Shown: positions 37,913-51,193, numbered from the stretch's first letter. The stretch: DNA of 64,000 bases from Azolla caroliniana (GCA_043228905.1 JBHGNT010000003.1:6510001-6574000); one strand, 5' to 3'. The notes: generated from the letters alone by a model not told the origin. Translations and numbers: made by a program.

Positions 37913-39157
37913 TCATAGAAAAATGAGAGGTGCGCCCAATAGAGTTGGAGAAGAGGGTGGGGAAACAACTGACCCCGGAACATCCACAAGCCAGGCCCCT
38001 GGTCCAAGAGTTAGATCCTTAGATATGGCATCAAAACCACGGGCGCTTGTGGACGAAGAAGTACTCGCATCGGCCCGATACTGTGAAACAGCCCCCAAGA
38101 GGCTACGTTTCGCGAGACCTTGTGACGAGGCATCATCATCATCACTCACAACTGCATTGGAATGTCCCCCTCTAAATACCCCATGCGGACTACTACTAAT
38201 ACTCCCTCTAAAAGCTTCGCTTTGATGATTCCATGGCCGATAGCGACGTGTGTGAAACAAGTGATGGACAGCGGTGGCGTCAAAAATGGGCAGCACCACG
38301 AGGATGCACACGGCCGTGCCAATGATGAGTAGCAAGGACATGAAGCCAAGGAAAGAAAATGCCTCATGGGCAGCCTTTCCTGGCCGGCTCACCACACTTG
38401 ACACCCCGAGGAAACCAACGTGAATTGGAAGTAAAATGACGAACATCGATACCAACCAGTAGACCCGGGCACGGAGCTTCCGGTTGATTATATTCCGGAG
38501 GAGCTGAAACCCGAACCATGTGAAATAAGGCATAAATATGATGAAGAATAGAGCCAGTGGGAGTATGCTTAAGAGTGGATAGGTGCATAGTTCTACCTCT
38601 ACATTTGCTCCGTCCAATACCACCTTCTCATACGAACTCGTGAAGTATGAGGGCAACTTGGCCACACCAAAAACGCTTCCTTCACCATTGCTTATCATGG
38701 CCACTATGACTTGCAAGACGAATATTGGTAAGCCGCATAAACACATGAGTGCTAAAACCCTAACATTGATATGTTTCCTTGAGCCTTCTTGCAAGGCCCC
38801 ATGAACCAAGAACAAAACAATGAGGAGCAAACCGGGTTCCATGAGCCCAAGAGACCATACCACATGGGCCTTGCAGAGATTAACTTGGGAAGAAACCTCT
38901 AACACTCGATCCTTTTCTCTTGACCATGGAAGACAGAGAGCTTCACCTAGGTTCCATAGGATGAAGAAGCAAACGAGGACCATCCGAGCTATCCATGGCG
39001 AATCAAAGTCATGCAGTAGAGGCTCTCTCAATTTGTTGATTCGGAAGTGAAACAATAGGATGTAAACAATGGAGAAAGCTCCGAAAAGGCAAGAGAGTAA
39101 TACTAGTACAAGGGTCCCTATGCCGAGTACATCGGTCGCGGCGCTCGAATCGGGCAT
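37913..39157 (-). CDS. Intronless multi-pass (~7 TM) membrane protein of unknown function, 414 aa
   Basis: Long ATG-started ORF with about seven hydrophobic segments and an S/P-rich tail. Motifs DFDSPWIAR, WNLGEAL, LCKAHVVWSLGLMEP, CTYPLLS, INRKLRARVY resemble a conserved plant membrane family I recognise but cannot name with certainty. Confidence 0.88.
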   Translation of the reverse strand: MPDSSAATDVLGIGTLVLVLLSCLFGAFSIVYILLFHFRINKLREPLLHDFDSPWIARMVLVCFFILWNLGEALCLPWSREKDRVLEVSSQVNLCKAHVVWSLGLMEPGLLLIVLFLVHGALQEGSRKHINVRVLALMCLCGLPIFVLQVIVAMISNGEGSVFGVAKLPSYFTSSYEKVVLDGANVEVELCTYPLLSILPLALFFIIFMPYFTWFGFQLLRNIINRKLRARVYWLVSMFVILLPIHVGFLGVSSVVSRPGKAAHEAFSFLGFMSLLLIIGTAVCILVVLPIFDATAVHHLFHTRRYRPWNHQSEAFRGSISSSPHGVFRGGHSNAVVSDDDDASSQGLAKRSLLGAVSQYRADASTSSSTSARGFDAISKDLTLGPGAWLVDVPGSVVSPPSSPTLLGAPLIFL

Positions 39158-39411
39158 TAGCAGGTTCAGCTAATGTCTAGCATGGTTTTTCTAGCATCCC
39201 CAAATGACGACTAATCTTCGTGGTCAGATATTCTTTCTCTCTGATTGGCTACCTTTTCCCGTGATCTCTCATAAGAGAGGAAACCTTTGAAGGCGACAGT
39301 TTTCTCGTCAGGATTGGGTTCTCGAGAAACCCTTCTCGTGTTGTTATCTTCAAATTTTCAAATAGCTTCTCAACAAATCTCTCTGAGAAACATTCATTTA
39401 GGAAACCCTTT

Positions 39412-39640
39412 TTCTTCTTGGATAGCTTCCACCTCCTGTGGAAGATATTGTCTCAGAAAACCCTAGCCTTTCTCTCGACTATCTTCTCTCTGAAAACCTT
39501 CCCTATTTGGCTAATTTCTCAAAAACTTTTCTTCTTGGGTAGCTTCCACCTCTTGTGGAAGTTACTGTCTCAGAAAACCCTAGCCTTCTCAGACAATCTT
39601 CTCTCTGAAAACCTTCCCTATTTGGCTAATTTCTCAAAAA
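39412..39640. repeat. ~118-bp tandem duplication upstream of the membrane-protein ATG
   Basis: TTCTTCTTGG(A/G)TAGCTTCCACCTC...CTGAAAACCTTCCCTATTTGGCTAATTTCTCAAAAA occurs twice. Confidence 0.9.
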
Positions 39641-40104
39641 ACCTCCCCTTTTTGGGTTACCTTCTCGGAAACCTTCATTCCTCAGGCTACCCATCTTCAG
39701 AAACTTTCACTCCTCGAGAAATTCCCCTTTCCAACAATCTTCTTCTTCTTCTCGAGAAATCTCAGACTAATTTTCTCAGAGCACAAAGAAAATCAAAGCA
39801 AAAGAACGACTTTCGTTTGCCTTCTTTTCTCAGATCTCTCATCCAAGCCGAACAGATTTTGATGAGAAGGAAGAAACAAGAACCAAACACCTGTATATGT
39901 ATATACGTAGGAATCCTTGCTGTCCCCGCCGCCCTGCGAGGAATCCTACTGTTTACTTTTATGCTGGAGAGAGATGCTGTGGAGACTTCCTGATGTAAGC
40001 CCTAAAAAAAGAAAACGATATCAAAGGAACAGAAACAGTGATTTCCGGAAACGCTCTAACAATCACATGCTCTGCTCTATTCCGATCTGTTCCGCTCTCC
40101 TCTA

Positions 40105-40362
40105 CTCTGTTCTGCTCTGTTCTGGACTCTGCTCTGTTCTTAACCCTGCTCTGTTCTAGACCCTGCTCTGTTTTGGACCCTGCTCTGTTCTAGACCCTGC
40201 TCTGTTTTGGACCCTGCTCTGTTCTAGACCCTGCTCTGTTCTAGACCCTGCTATGTTTTGGACTCTGCTCTGTTCTTGACTCTGCTCTGTTCTGGACTCT
40301 GCTCTATTCTGGAACCTGCTCTGTTCTGGGCCCTGCTCTGTTCTGGACTCTGCTCTGCTCTC
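40105..40362. repeat. 17-bp minisatellite, ~14-15 copies
   Basis: Unit CTCTGTT(C/T)T(A/G)GAC(C/T)CTG. Confidence 0.95.
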
Positions 40363-40709
40363 TTCCTTCAGAGATGTTTCTGCAGGATAGGGCAAAAATC
40401 AGGGTGAAAACTAGGGCAAAAAGAAGAAGAAGAAGAAAGAGGATAGAATTAAAACACAAAAACAGGGATTGAATAGAGTGAGAGAGAGCAGAGACAGGGG
40501 AGGGGGGATGAAGGTGGGGACAGTTATTGGTTGAAGACAGGCTGTCACCAGCTCAACACAATCAGATTGCATTGCAAAACTCTCTCTCTCTCTCTCTCAT
40601 CTATGTGAGCATCTTCTTCCTTTCGTTGGTGAGCTCGCCTTGTCCGCCCGCCCGCCCATCCCTGCCGGCCGATATACATATACAGATCTTGGTGTCTGCC
40701 CAGACACGC

Positions 40710-41202
40710 AACTTATATGGCTCTCCACGCATGTATGGATATGGGCATGACCTCACGAGCTTGGCCGGACATATGTCACCCCGCCGCCCATCCTTTTGGC
40801 CAAACAAGTTGCATCACTACTCTAGCTTCGACCCTCTTGGCCAAGATCCAAACCTTTTCGTAATCAAGATTCGAGAGATAGATAGATAGATAGATTATAT
40901 TATATTATCATCTTCAGAGGTCAAATATGAGATGCCCAAATAGAGAGAGAGAGAGACTTATATGGCTCTCCACGCGTGTATGGATATGGGCATGACCTCA
41001 CGAGCTTGGTTGGACATATGTTACACCCCCCCCCCCCCCAAAAAAAAAAAATTTATTTTGGCCAAACAAGTTGCATCACTACCCTGGCTTTTGACCCTCT
41101 TGCCCGAGATCCAAGCCTTTCCCTAATCAAGATTCAAGATTCGAGAGATAGATAGATATATTATATTATCGTCTTCAGAGGTCAAATATGAGATGCCCAA
41201 AT

Positions 41203-41263
<61 letters not shown>
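40710..41263. repeat. ~246-bp tandem duplication, each unit ending in (GA)n
   Basis: ACTTATATGGCTCTCCACGC at 40710 and 40956; both run to GAGATGCCCAAATAG followed by (GA)n. Confidence 0.9.
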
Positions 41264-41266
<3 letters not shown>

Positions 41267-44200
41267 TAGATGGATGTAGTTCATGAGGTTGGTAAGGTTG
41301 CCCAATGGAGACCAGGAGGTCATGGATTCAACCCTTACATTCCATGGTGGCATCTAGTGAATTAAGAGATATGTTTGAAGTAATAGAGAAGTGAGAAAAC
41401 CGGGTTTCCAACCCAATATGTCGTGCTAGTAGTGTAGCAACTTACCACTAGGGCAAACTAATTATGAAGAGAGAGAGAGAGAGAGAGAGATTAGTAGTAG
41501 TAATATTGGAATTTTCTTCGCAATTTTCTTTATTGGAGCAAGTAGAAATTCTTTCCTCATTGGAGTGTTCGTTTTGTCCTGCTAGCAATTCAACATGTTC
41601 CATACTCCATTGGGACACCCATTGTAAGTAACGTTTTTCACGCACATGTTAATATACTTAAGTTTTTTTACCAAAGAGAGAGGGAGGGGGGTGTAATCCA
41701 AGTAGTCCAACTTGGCTGGAAACCAAACACAATCTGCAATGCCAGGTCACACCCATCACGGCCTTGGCTAGGGTTTATGAATTTTTGGAATGATGAAACT
41801 TCAATAATGGTCCGACTTATGTTTTCACATTTACAATATCCTAATAACCTCAATAACAATATCATGTTTAGAATGGTCTAACCACTGTGAATTTTTGTCT
41901 TAACATCTTTAGTGATTGCACGCCTACATAACCTCGTCTTCATGCCTACCATAACCTCATCTTCTTGCCATTTCTAGCACCTGAATTGTTCCAACCTCAT
42001 TGACACTTACAAGGGAAATTTGAGGTCAGACTATGTTCAACTTATTGGCCATTTTGATGTTAATGTTGCCAACCTTTTTTGCTCATTGGTAATTGACCAT
42101 CTTTGCTTTTGTCGAGACTACATTGTATAAAACATGGCAAAGTTGTAACCAAAGCATATTTTCAAAATGAGTTTCAATCTATAACCCCTTCATCACTAGA
42201 GACTAGAAAATGGAAAGTTTTAATGCTACTTTGAACTACCGTAATCAATAGATATATCACGTCAATTGTGGGCCATTACATACTCGACAATGCCTACTTG
42301 TCAAATGATAATTTTGTTGCATGTTTACAATATTCGTGCTATAAGATAAAAGCAATGAATATGGCAAATTGGGATAGCTTCCGTCTAATCAAAGTTTTCT
42401 CATTGAATAGGAGTTTGTGGATGCCCTTTCAAGCATCAAAGAGTTGATTTTGTAAAAACTACATTTCAAAGTTAATTTTGAGGTATGTTATACAATCTTA
42501 GTACCAACAACAAATCATGAAATTGAAAAGGACCCTCTAAGTTAAAATTACATATTCATTCGTCAAAAATTCAGTTTAAAAGGCATGGGAAGTTTATATA
42601 TATTTATGAATTAATGGCAAGCACGGCGTCACAAGGTGTAATCTAAAGCTTGGGCTTTGCCAATCAATAAGATTTTCGAAAATCAAAAAAATCTTGGAAG
42701 TATGTACAAGCAACATAACACAAGTCTGCTAGTTTACTAAGAACTTAAATGAAACAAGCTCAATGATCCCATTATGTTTATAATGACGTGACAAATATTT
42801 ATGCAATCTAATTTACGCTATAGAGTCTCATCTCAGTGTCTTAAGAAGGCCATGTGCATGCATCCATAATATGTAAAATTCGTGTTCATCTAGCATAACA
42901 TTCGTTTCCCTACGTTGGAAAACGAATGTGAATGTTATTCAAACATTCTTGTGTTTTTTTTTTGTTTTTCCCCCATTTTTTAGGCTTATTTACCTCATAA
43001 TAAATAGTTAATCCAAAAGTATGGTATTTATCATTCTTTGATGGTGTTTTTCTTGCGCAAATGCGAAATGCACATATGGTTCATACTATGCATGCATCTG
43101 TGTGTAGCTCTAGAACTACACCAAATGGGGGTGTAATTGAATAGTTTTTTTAAAGGCCCATACTTCCAGGTGAAAATTAGTCATGATTTCCCAATGTGTC
43201 AAAATAACTAGATGTTTATGGAGAATGAATCTCGAATTGTCTAGTGCCTCCTCTCTAAACATGCAATCTATTATCTTGAGAAGCTTAGACCAAGTTTGAG
43301 ACATTATTTTAATGCCCATATTTTAGTATGAAAATTAGTTGTGTTTTCTTTTCTTAATTCAATTCATATGTTTTCTTTATGAACACGATTTAGAAAGGAA
43401 AGCAAAACTCAATCCACTAATGTATTATATGTATTGATCGTCCACTTATAAAAATAATCACGTGTGCCTTGTTCAACAATCTTGCACGTGATATATCCTA
43501 CAATAATTCAATCACTACATGCTTAACACTTGTTCCCCTCTCTTACTATATGTTACTTACAAATTTACCAGAAATGTTAAGAATTAGAAGCATAACTTTG
43601 TTCTATAAACGTAATGGCATGTCAACTTTATTTTAGTCTCTATACATTTGAGTTTTCGATAATGTTTAGTATATATGAAACACTTTTCTTGTGTTGGTGT
43701 TGGTGTTTGTATGCTAGTTATGCTATCATACGATTGTTTTACTTTCGAGATGTCATATCAAAGTTCCTTTTTCCTACAAGATTAGTATATTTCATTAAAG
43801 TTAAATTTTTTTATTGGATGTAACAACCTCGTGGGAACAAAAAGCCTTTAGTACATGAGAAGCAAATTGTCCATTATAGCATTCTTCCAAGCCAAACGAG
43901 ATGTGAATGTTGATATTGGACATACGCTAACTTTTCAAGATGGAAAAGTATGCTATAATCTTGACCACACATTGGCGTGTAAAATGTTTGGGTGGTCCAA
44001 ATAACACAACACTAGCCCAACACAAAGCAACCATACAATAAACCTTCATATCTTTGGATATATTTCTAACCCTCCTCAACCTCAAAAGTTGAATGCATGT
44101 CTCGACGCCCAAGTCATAGAGAAGATGAAGAGATTATTCAATGCGAACAATGAGATTTTCACCAAATGATATAATGATGATATAATCCTTCCACGTAAAG

Positions 44201-44563
44201 GAAGTGTTAACCTCTATATGTTGTGTTACCACATATATCCCATTGAATCACTTGTGTGTGAATAGAAGTCATCCAATAACTAATCATCTATATATGTATG
44301 TATGTACATATTGGAAGGTTGTAATAATTAGCATTAGTTAGAACTTGATAAGCATATAGGTTACAAAAAAATTGAATTGAAACATGAATATGTATCACCA
44401 TTTCATTTACAGCTATATTATTAATTAGTTAATCACTTGAACAACCAAAATTACATCCAATGATACAAAATAAAACATTGACCATGAATGTGCATTGGTT
44501 TCTTCGATTATTGACTACCTCATGATTATTATCAATTTATTATTATCGAAATATGCAATCCAT

Positions 44564-45296
44564 TATGTCATTCCTAAAAAAGTTGTGTTATTTAGATGGT
44601 TGTTGACACATTATGCCATTGTTGTGAAGTCATCGATGCCATTGTGACAATTGTGGTTCTCCCATTGAATCGGTTTACCATGCTTTATGGATATGTCCTA
44701 TTGCTAGAGCAGTTTGGAAAAGAATGTTGAGAATGTTATATCCACTTTATGGTAGGCAGGTGTACACATGGGGGTTTGTGAGATGGGGAAGATTGGCTAA
44801 AGAAATTCATAACTATGAAAAGGAGTACGGTGATTTTCTTCTCCTCTGCAATAGAAGACATGTATTGGAGGTCTCTAATACTACAAGAGTTAGTTGTTTG
44901 GGAGAGGATATGGTTTGGTCTACGATATCTTCTCTAGTAGTTTGGGTATTGTGGAAAGTTAGATGTAAATGTGTATTTCAAAAAGCTAAACAAAATGCGG
45001 TTGAGTTAGTCAAAGAGGTATGGTTAATGCTCTTATATACTTTAAGAGGTCAATATGATGCAATAACTGGTGAGCCTGAGGTTGTGATTCGTAAACAACA
45101 ATAGTTTCGAGAAATTTGGGAAAACGCCGAGGTCTTCACCTCTTTTGGAAAAAGAATAAAGTGGAGATATGCTCCACCGAGATGGCTTTTTCAGCATCTT
45201 TCAGCATGTAGCCTTGTATGAATTCGTTGTAGCCTTTCAACATCTTTCCATTAATACCAAGGTGAACCTTCTTAAAAAAGAAAAAAAAAAGAAAAA
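44564..45296 (+). mobile_element. 5'-truncated LINE (L1-like), 3' end with poly(A)
   Basis: PKKVVLFRWLL, CDNCGSPIESVYHALWICP, VWVLWKVRC, EVW...LRGQYD, WRYAPPRWLF. A-tail from 45274. Degenerate 16-bp TSD GAAATATGCAATCCAT (44548-44563) / GAAAAATGCAAGCCAT (45297-45312). Confidence 0.85.
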
Positions 45297-46349
45297 GAAA
45301 AATGCAAGCCATGAAAAATGTATTGATCTCGTAATTTACTTCATATGTCATATCATTCTTAGGAGTCATTGGTGGATAATAATGACAACATTCTCTAATA
45401 ATCTTCTACTGTCAATGAAATCACAATGGCACACTTTTAGAACACCTTTCACGGGTTAAGTGAAGCCACACAAAAACAAAATTTCACATTTTCCTTGTAA
45501 ATTGATAATGGAATCAAATTGAGATATCCAAATTGTCATACAAGAATTTCATAACATCTTTCATCTAACCATAATCCATTTTCCAACTAATACAATATTG
45601 ATTGTAAGGTAGTGTCAATTGTCATCGTTTAATTGGTCATGCAAGTTGTTCACTTGTTGCTTTGACTGTGCTTTCTTGGATGTTTTCACCCATTTTACAT
45701 GACTTGTGTCACACAACATCAATATCTTATAACTTCATATTCCATTAGTTCAAGTGAAAATTGACGTGACATGGTTCATGCAAACATTGTAGATAAGCTC
45801 AAGGACCTTCGTAGTAAAAGATGACACTGTTGATATGGACAACGAAGCACATTATCTATTTCTGACAAGGATGACTGACGATGGTGTCGAGGGCAGAAGC
45901 ATAATTTCATGAGGGGATCCGGAGAGTAGTGTCATTATGTTTTTTCTATGTACAGGGCTTCGGTGGTCTATTGGATGGGGAAAATAAAACAGATTCTTGT
46001 TTGATAAGGATGAGTCATGAGGTTGGCGGGGGTTGAAGCATACTTCATGATGGGAGAGTAGACGCATTTTCTTTTCTTTTTTTTGTTTTATGAGTGTTGA
46101 TGGTGTGGATTTGGAAGCTTTTTCTTGAGGGTCAACGACAATACAGGTTTTGAAGCTTGGAGATTTTTAATGGTTTTAAGACACAACAACTCAAGCCAAA
46201 TGTGTTGCTTTCATCGGAAGACATTGCTTGACTTCAGACATTGGAATTAGTTGGTGGCCATTTGGAATGCAATCATGATAAAATGGACTTGTTTTTACAT
46301 GTTGGAGATTGTTTTTTCCTTTACATGTGGTCTCCTAGCTTGCCGTAGC

Positions 46350-46500
46350 AAAGGCTTGTGGAAGTGTAGAAGCTATTGACAAGGGAAAACTGGATATGGC
46401 TCTTGTGGATAATGATATAATGGTATTGGGCAATGCTTCGATGGACATGTATGACAAAGGTGGTAGGTTTGCAACAACCAAGGAAGTGCTTGACAACATG
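46350..46500 (+). pseudogene. PPR gene fragment
   Basis: KACGSVEAIDKGK...VLGNASMDMYDKGGRFATTKEVLDNM matches PLS PPR consensus. Confidence 0.7.
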
Positions 46501-48535
46501 GACAGGGTCACAAAGCACTCGATTCATTTGAACAAATACAAAGCATGGGCATTTCTCTGATTTGGATAAAAGACAAAATGATAGTATTGCCACACATATG
46601 GATTCTACATTGTTATTACAAATTTCTTTTCAGAAGCTTTGAAGTTGTATTCTAGTTTTTCAATGAGTAGATTGTAAGATGATCTAGCAGTTCCCCCCCC
46701 CCTTTGTTGGTTGTTCTCCGTTGTAAGTTGGGATGTATATAGATCCATCTCCTTAGCCTCTTTAGGGAAAGATCTATGGTTGCCCATTGAATTTTACAAG
46801 AGGGCTTTAGGAAGTATCTTGGCTTTCTTTCCACATACTTTGTATGTTGTAGCAAACTTGGTTTTCTTATCTAATGGAAGGATATTCTTTTTTGGAAAAA
46901 AAAAAGCATTGTAGATAAGGTTGATTATTTTCCATTAACCACATTTGGTGGGAATGCATGCTTCGTGATAGTGCATACATGATTTGTTTTGAGAGTTGAC
47001 CTTTTTATTAAATCCTCAAGTGATGTAGAGTGACCTCTTACTTGAATAATTTTACCATCATTCGCAAAGCATTTTGATAAAGCAACCGTTTTTTATGCAT
47101 TTATTTGAAGGCTACTTAAGTCTCTTATAAAGCAAATTTCCTAAGATGCTCTTGAGCCATATCCTCAAATCAACATTCAATTTAATGGAAAATATTCGTT
47201 GTGCCACGTGACTTGATGGTCATTGTTTGAGTGGAGAATCATACCACAATATTTGCAAAATCTAACTTCTTTTGGGTACACATACTTTGCATATAAGGCC
47301 AACAAAGTGTCTATTTTTGGGAAGGGGACATATTTTCTCTACTTTGACCATCCTCATTCCCTTTTCTCTTGATGCCCCATTTCCAAGGCTCGTTCCTTTT
47401 CATCTCGATGTCTCACCACTTAATTTGGTTGGTACATCATTTAGTTACTCAGACATAATTACATTCATCAACAAAATAATACTTCCAAGTTCCTCATACA
47501 TAGATTTAGTAGCTTTGTTTATACATTTATACTTATACAGGTCCTTCAAGGATTACAAAAAGACACATCCACCCCATGTTATACTAGCTTCTAATGACTT
47601 CCTAGTACTTGTGCATTTTCATACTTAATAGACGTAACAAAATCATCTAAATATAATAGAAAAACTTGTTCTAAGAGTACACAAGTACTAGTGTTTGTGG
47701 ATATCAATGTGAAGGTGCCTATTACTATCTTGTTGAAATTTTGCTAACACCACATGCAATCATGTTATGCATTTACATGTGCATTAGAAGTTCATAATCA
47801 TTAGGAGGGCTATATAGAGATAGGCGTAGTAATCAACACAACGACCTAATACAAACAAGTTAGACCTAATTAGGATGTGTTTGGCTTAAGGGTGGTCAAT
47901 TGGGATGAGAGTTATGTTGTAACTCGTAGCCTTTCAACTTGTTTAGCGAATGAGCTTGCTTGCAAGGGATAAACTCCATATGGTAAGAGTATAGTATTAA
48001 TAAAATTAACGACAAATTGTAGTATATATGCAAATTTTGCAATGTCTTTTATGAGGTATTGCAACATCATCAGTTGAACATGATTGGAAAAGGCAACAAA
48101 AAGTATTACATCACATTGTCACCTTCACTCATCATTCGATTAAAAAAGCCAACAACTATTGCATTATCGTTTCCAAATTGAATACATGCCAAGACAATTG
48201 TATTAAACAAGACACCACCTCCTTAATACATCAATTCAAACACATGCACTGGATCAATCATGCCATGTTTTTTCAAATCCATATCCACGAAAATTATATA
48301 CGCAATTATCTTACCACATATTGAGCACATAGTCGGATACCAATGCAATGGAATGTGTACATAAATATGTTGATCACATCTCCCCAATGCATTTAATGAG
48401 GTGTGGGAGTTACAAGCTTGAGTGGTGACTATGACACGTGCCACATCTCTAGAATGTTGGGTTTTTTTCCACTGAAGTTTCCTATCACAACTATACCAGA
48501 TCGATGGAGCACGTTTTTACATTTAAATGTTCCTC

Positions 48536-51193
48536 TTATATAAACGAATCTTCGAATTCATCATACTTTTGATCTCTTCGAAGAGAAGAACACACATGAT
48601 ACAAGATTGCAACATCAACACTAGTACTATTTGCCTCTAATTCGGCGACATTTCTGACAACATGTTCTCCTCGTTTCACATCTGAATTCGGTCGACAAGC
48701 ACTCAACGCACGCTTAAAAGTTTCTATGGAAGGTTGAGATGGGATGGCATATGCCAATGCCTCTGCCTCTTCCACTCTTCCAACTCTTCCAAACAGATCC
48801 ACCATACATGCATAGTGATCATCACCAGGTATAATACCATAGGAATCCACCATCAATACAAACAACATTTGGCCATCATCAGCAAGGCCATTGTGGCTGC
48901 ATGCCACTAAAAGACCAAGAAAAGAGAGCTTGTCCGGGGATATATTCCTTTCTTGTTGCATTTCAATGAAGTGTTGAATAGCTTCCCTCCCTTGTCCATG
49001 TAAAGAATACACTCCCATCATAGCATTCCACGTGAGTGCATTTCTCTCTTCCATATCAATGTATTGAAAGCAATACTTTGCATCATCAAGTGAACCACAT
49101 TTTCCATACATTGTGATAAGTGCTGTCACCAAAACTACATCCAAATCATATGCATTCTCCATCACCCACATACAAAAATTGTTCCCTTGACTTAATAGTG
49201 TCTCTTTCGTGCATGAAGAAAGGATATTGATGATTGTAATATTGTCTGGCATCACATTTTGATCGAGCATTTGACTAAAAGCATCAAGAGTCTTCTTTAG
49301 GTTCGTTCCATGATGACTATATAAAGCTAGCATAGCATTCCATGAAACTACATCCCTCTCTGACATCATATCAAAGATTTCTTCGGCTTCGTGTAGATCC
49401 CCTCTCTTGTCACACAAATTGATGAGAGCATTTTGTACGGTGATCTCTGATTCGAACCCGCTTTTAGAAATGCGAGTTTTGATATACCTAATGTTGTCAA
49501 CATCGGAAGCACTGGTAGCACTACATGACACATCCAACATACTCAAGAAGGTGACCTTATCTGGTAATATCCCTTCTAATTGCATCTGATTAAAAGCATG
49601 AATGGACTTCCAATGTTGCCCATGTAGTATATGAGCGGCAATCATCACGGTCCACGACACCACATCACGATCTCGCAGGTTATTAAAAATAGCTTCAGCA
49701 CGATCCAAATCATCACAGTGAGCATACATGTGAATCAGAGAATTGCCCACAATCAATTCCACCTCCAAGCCGCTCTCCATTATATAAGCATGCATCCTTT
49801 CACCTTCAGCTTGCTCTGCGGTGTCAGCACATACCGAGAAAATGTTGCTGAATGTGATGTTATCGGGATGCAACCCTTCAGCTTGCATGCTTTCGAAAAG
49901 TTCAATGGCCTCTTTGGCCTTAGAATTCTGTGCATAAACCGAAATCATCGTATTCCATAACACTAAATCGCGCTTAATGATACCGTCGAAAACTCTTCGT
50001 GCATCTGAAATGCTTCCACACTTATCATACATGTTCACAAGAGAAGCCGCTATAACAACATCGGATTTGGAAACCACATGTACAATTCGGGCATGGAGAT
50101 GTTTTCCATCCTTCAGCACCGCTCTACAAGCACATGCCACAATTAGGTTTACCAAAGTTACATTGTTTGGCAACATTCCTTCATGTAGCATTTTATCAAA
50201 TAGTATAAGAGCCACCTTCCCATACCCCTTCTGGGTATATAAAGTGATCATTGAGGTCCATGTAACAACATTTCTATCAGGAATGATATTGAATATCTGG
50301 ATTGCATCGTCCAAACTGCCACATTTTCCATACATATTGATAAGTGCATTGCTTATAGCAATATCCGTCTCTAACCCCTCAACTAGAATGTGATAATGTA
50401 TCAGTTGACCTTCCTCTAAGCCTCCATATTTGGCGTATTCCGTGAGGATACCAATGAAAGTTATGTTGTTTGGCCTCACTATACCATCCTCTTGCATTCG
50501 ATGAAAGAATTGGAGTGATTCCTTGATGTGACCTTTCTCAGCAAAACATATGATAAGAGTAGTCCAAATGACCACATCTCTCTCTATCACAATGTTAAAT
50601 ATACTCAACGCATCTTCCAACCTTCCAACCTGGCCATATTTCTTGAGAAGCAAGGTACAAAGCACAAGTTCATGTCGATGCTGACTGCAGGCAATGCAAG
50701 CATGCATCCTCTCAATCTGTTTTTCACATTGAATTGATTTTCTGAGTTCAATTTGGACCGATTCTCCCGGTTCGTCTTGGCCGGATATAACACTAGCAAA
50801 TGTGGTTCGGTTCGGCAACACCGATTCTTCTTGCATTCTATTGAAGCATTCTAAAATCTTGATACCATCACAATCATTGTCATTACCATCATCACTATAT
50901 GGGATATACGATTGGATCAAATGATTCCAAGAGTATACATTCCTATCATGCATACTCACAAAGAGTGCCCATCCATCTTCTTTGTATTTCCATCTAAGAT
51001 AACAATGGAGAAGGTGGCTTGCCAGAAACAGGCTCGAATCATCGCCATTTTGAATAATATAGTGATGCAAAACCATACAATCACTAACACAATCGAGCTT
51101 TTTGAGAACAGATGCAATGGTATCAGGTCTACCCAAACCATTAGGCTGAGTAATTATCTCATTAAAATGTTTTTTGAAAATTACGGAGTGCAT
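48536..51193 (-). CDS. PLS-class pentatricopeptide repeat protein with degenerate E domain and no DYW, 885 aa
   Basis: Intronless ORF with repeated NALINMYGKCGSLDDA..IF / RNVVTWTSMI / PNNVT motifs; ends LVACSHNGL...HYACMVDLFGRVGRVEEA then a divergent E region. Confidence 0.93.
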   Translation of the reverse strand: MHSVIFKKHFNEIITQPNGLGRPDTIASVLKKLDCVSDCMVLHHYIIQNGDDSSLFLASHLLHCYLRWKYKEDGWALFVSMHDRNVYSWNHLIQSYIPYSDDGNDNDCDGIKILECFNRMQEESVLPNRTTFASVISGQDEPGESVQIELRKSIQCEKQIERMHACIACSQHRHELVLCTLLLKKYGQVGRLEDALSIFNIVIERDVVIWTTLIICFAEKGHIKESLQFFHRMQEDGIVRPNNITFIGILTEYAKYGGLEEGQLIHYHILVEGLETDIAISNALINMYGKCGSLDDAIQIFNIIPDRNVVTWTSMITLYTQKGYGKVALILFDKMLHEGMLPNNVTLVNLIVACACRAVLKDGKHLHARIVHVVSKSDVVIAASLVNMYDKCGSISDARRVFDGIIKRDLVLWNTMISVYAQNSKAKEAIELFESMQAEGLHPDNITFSNIFSVCADTAEQAEGERMHAYIMESGLEVELIVGNSLIHMYAHCDDLDRAEAIFNNLRDRDVVSWTVMIAAHILHGQHWKSIHAFNQMQLEGILPDKVTFLSMLDVSCSATSASDVDNIRYIKTRISKSGFESEITVQNALINLCDKRGDLHEAEEIFDMMSERDVVSWNAMLALYSHHGTNLKKTLDAFSQMLDQNVMPDNITIINILSSCTKETLLSQGNNFCMWVMENAYDLDVVLVTALITMYGKCGSLDDAKYCFQYIDMEERNALTWNAMMGVYSLHGQGREAIQHFIEMQQERNISPDKLSFLGLLVACSHNGLADDGQMLFVLMVDSYGIIPGDDHYACMVDLFGRVGRVEEAEALAYAIPSQPSIETFKRALSACRPNSDVKRGEHVVRNVAELEANSTSVDVAILYHVCSSLRRDQKYDEFEDSFI

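Noticed and set aside
39418-39993. 191-aa plus-strand ORF
   Set aside because: TTG start, low complexity, built on a local duplication and antisense to the leader of the membrane-protein gene.
40105-40395. 79-aa EQSR-repeat ORF or CRISPR-like array
   Set aside because: 17-bp minisatellite without spacers; period is not a multiple of 3.
41275-41350. tRNA-like A/B-box words (also ~18461-18485, ~51675-51695, ~51838-51860)
   Set aside because: No cloverleaf can be formed; at most decayed tRNA-derived SINE pieces with undefined boundaries.
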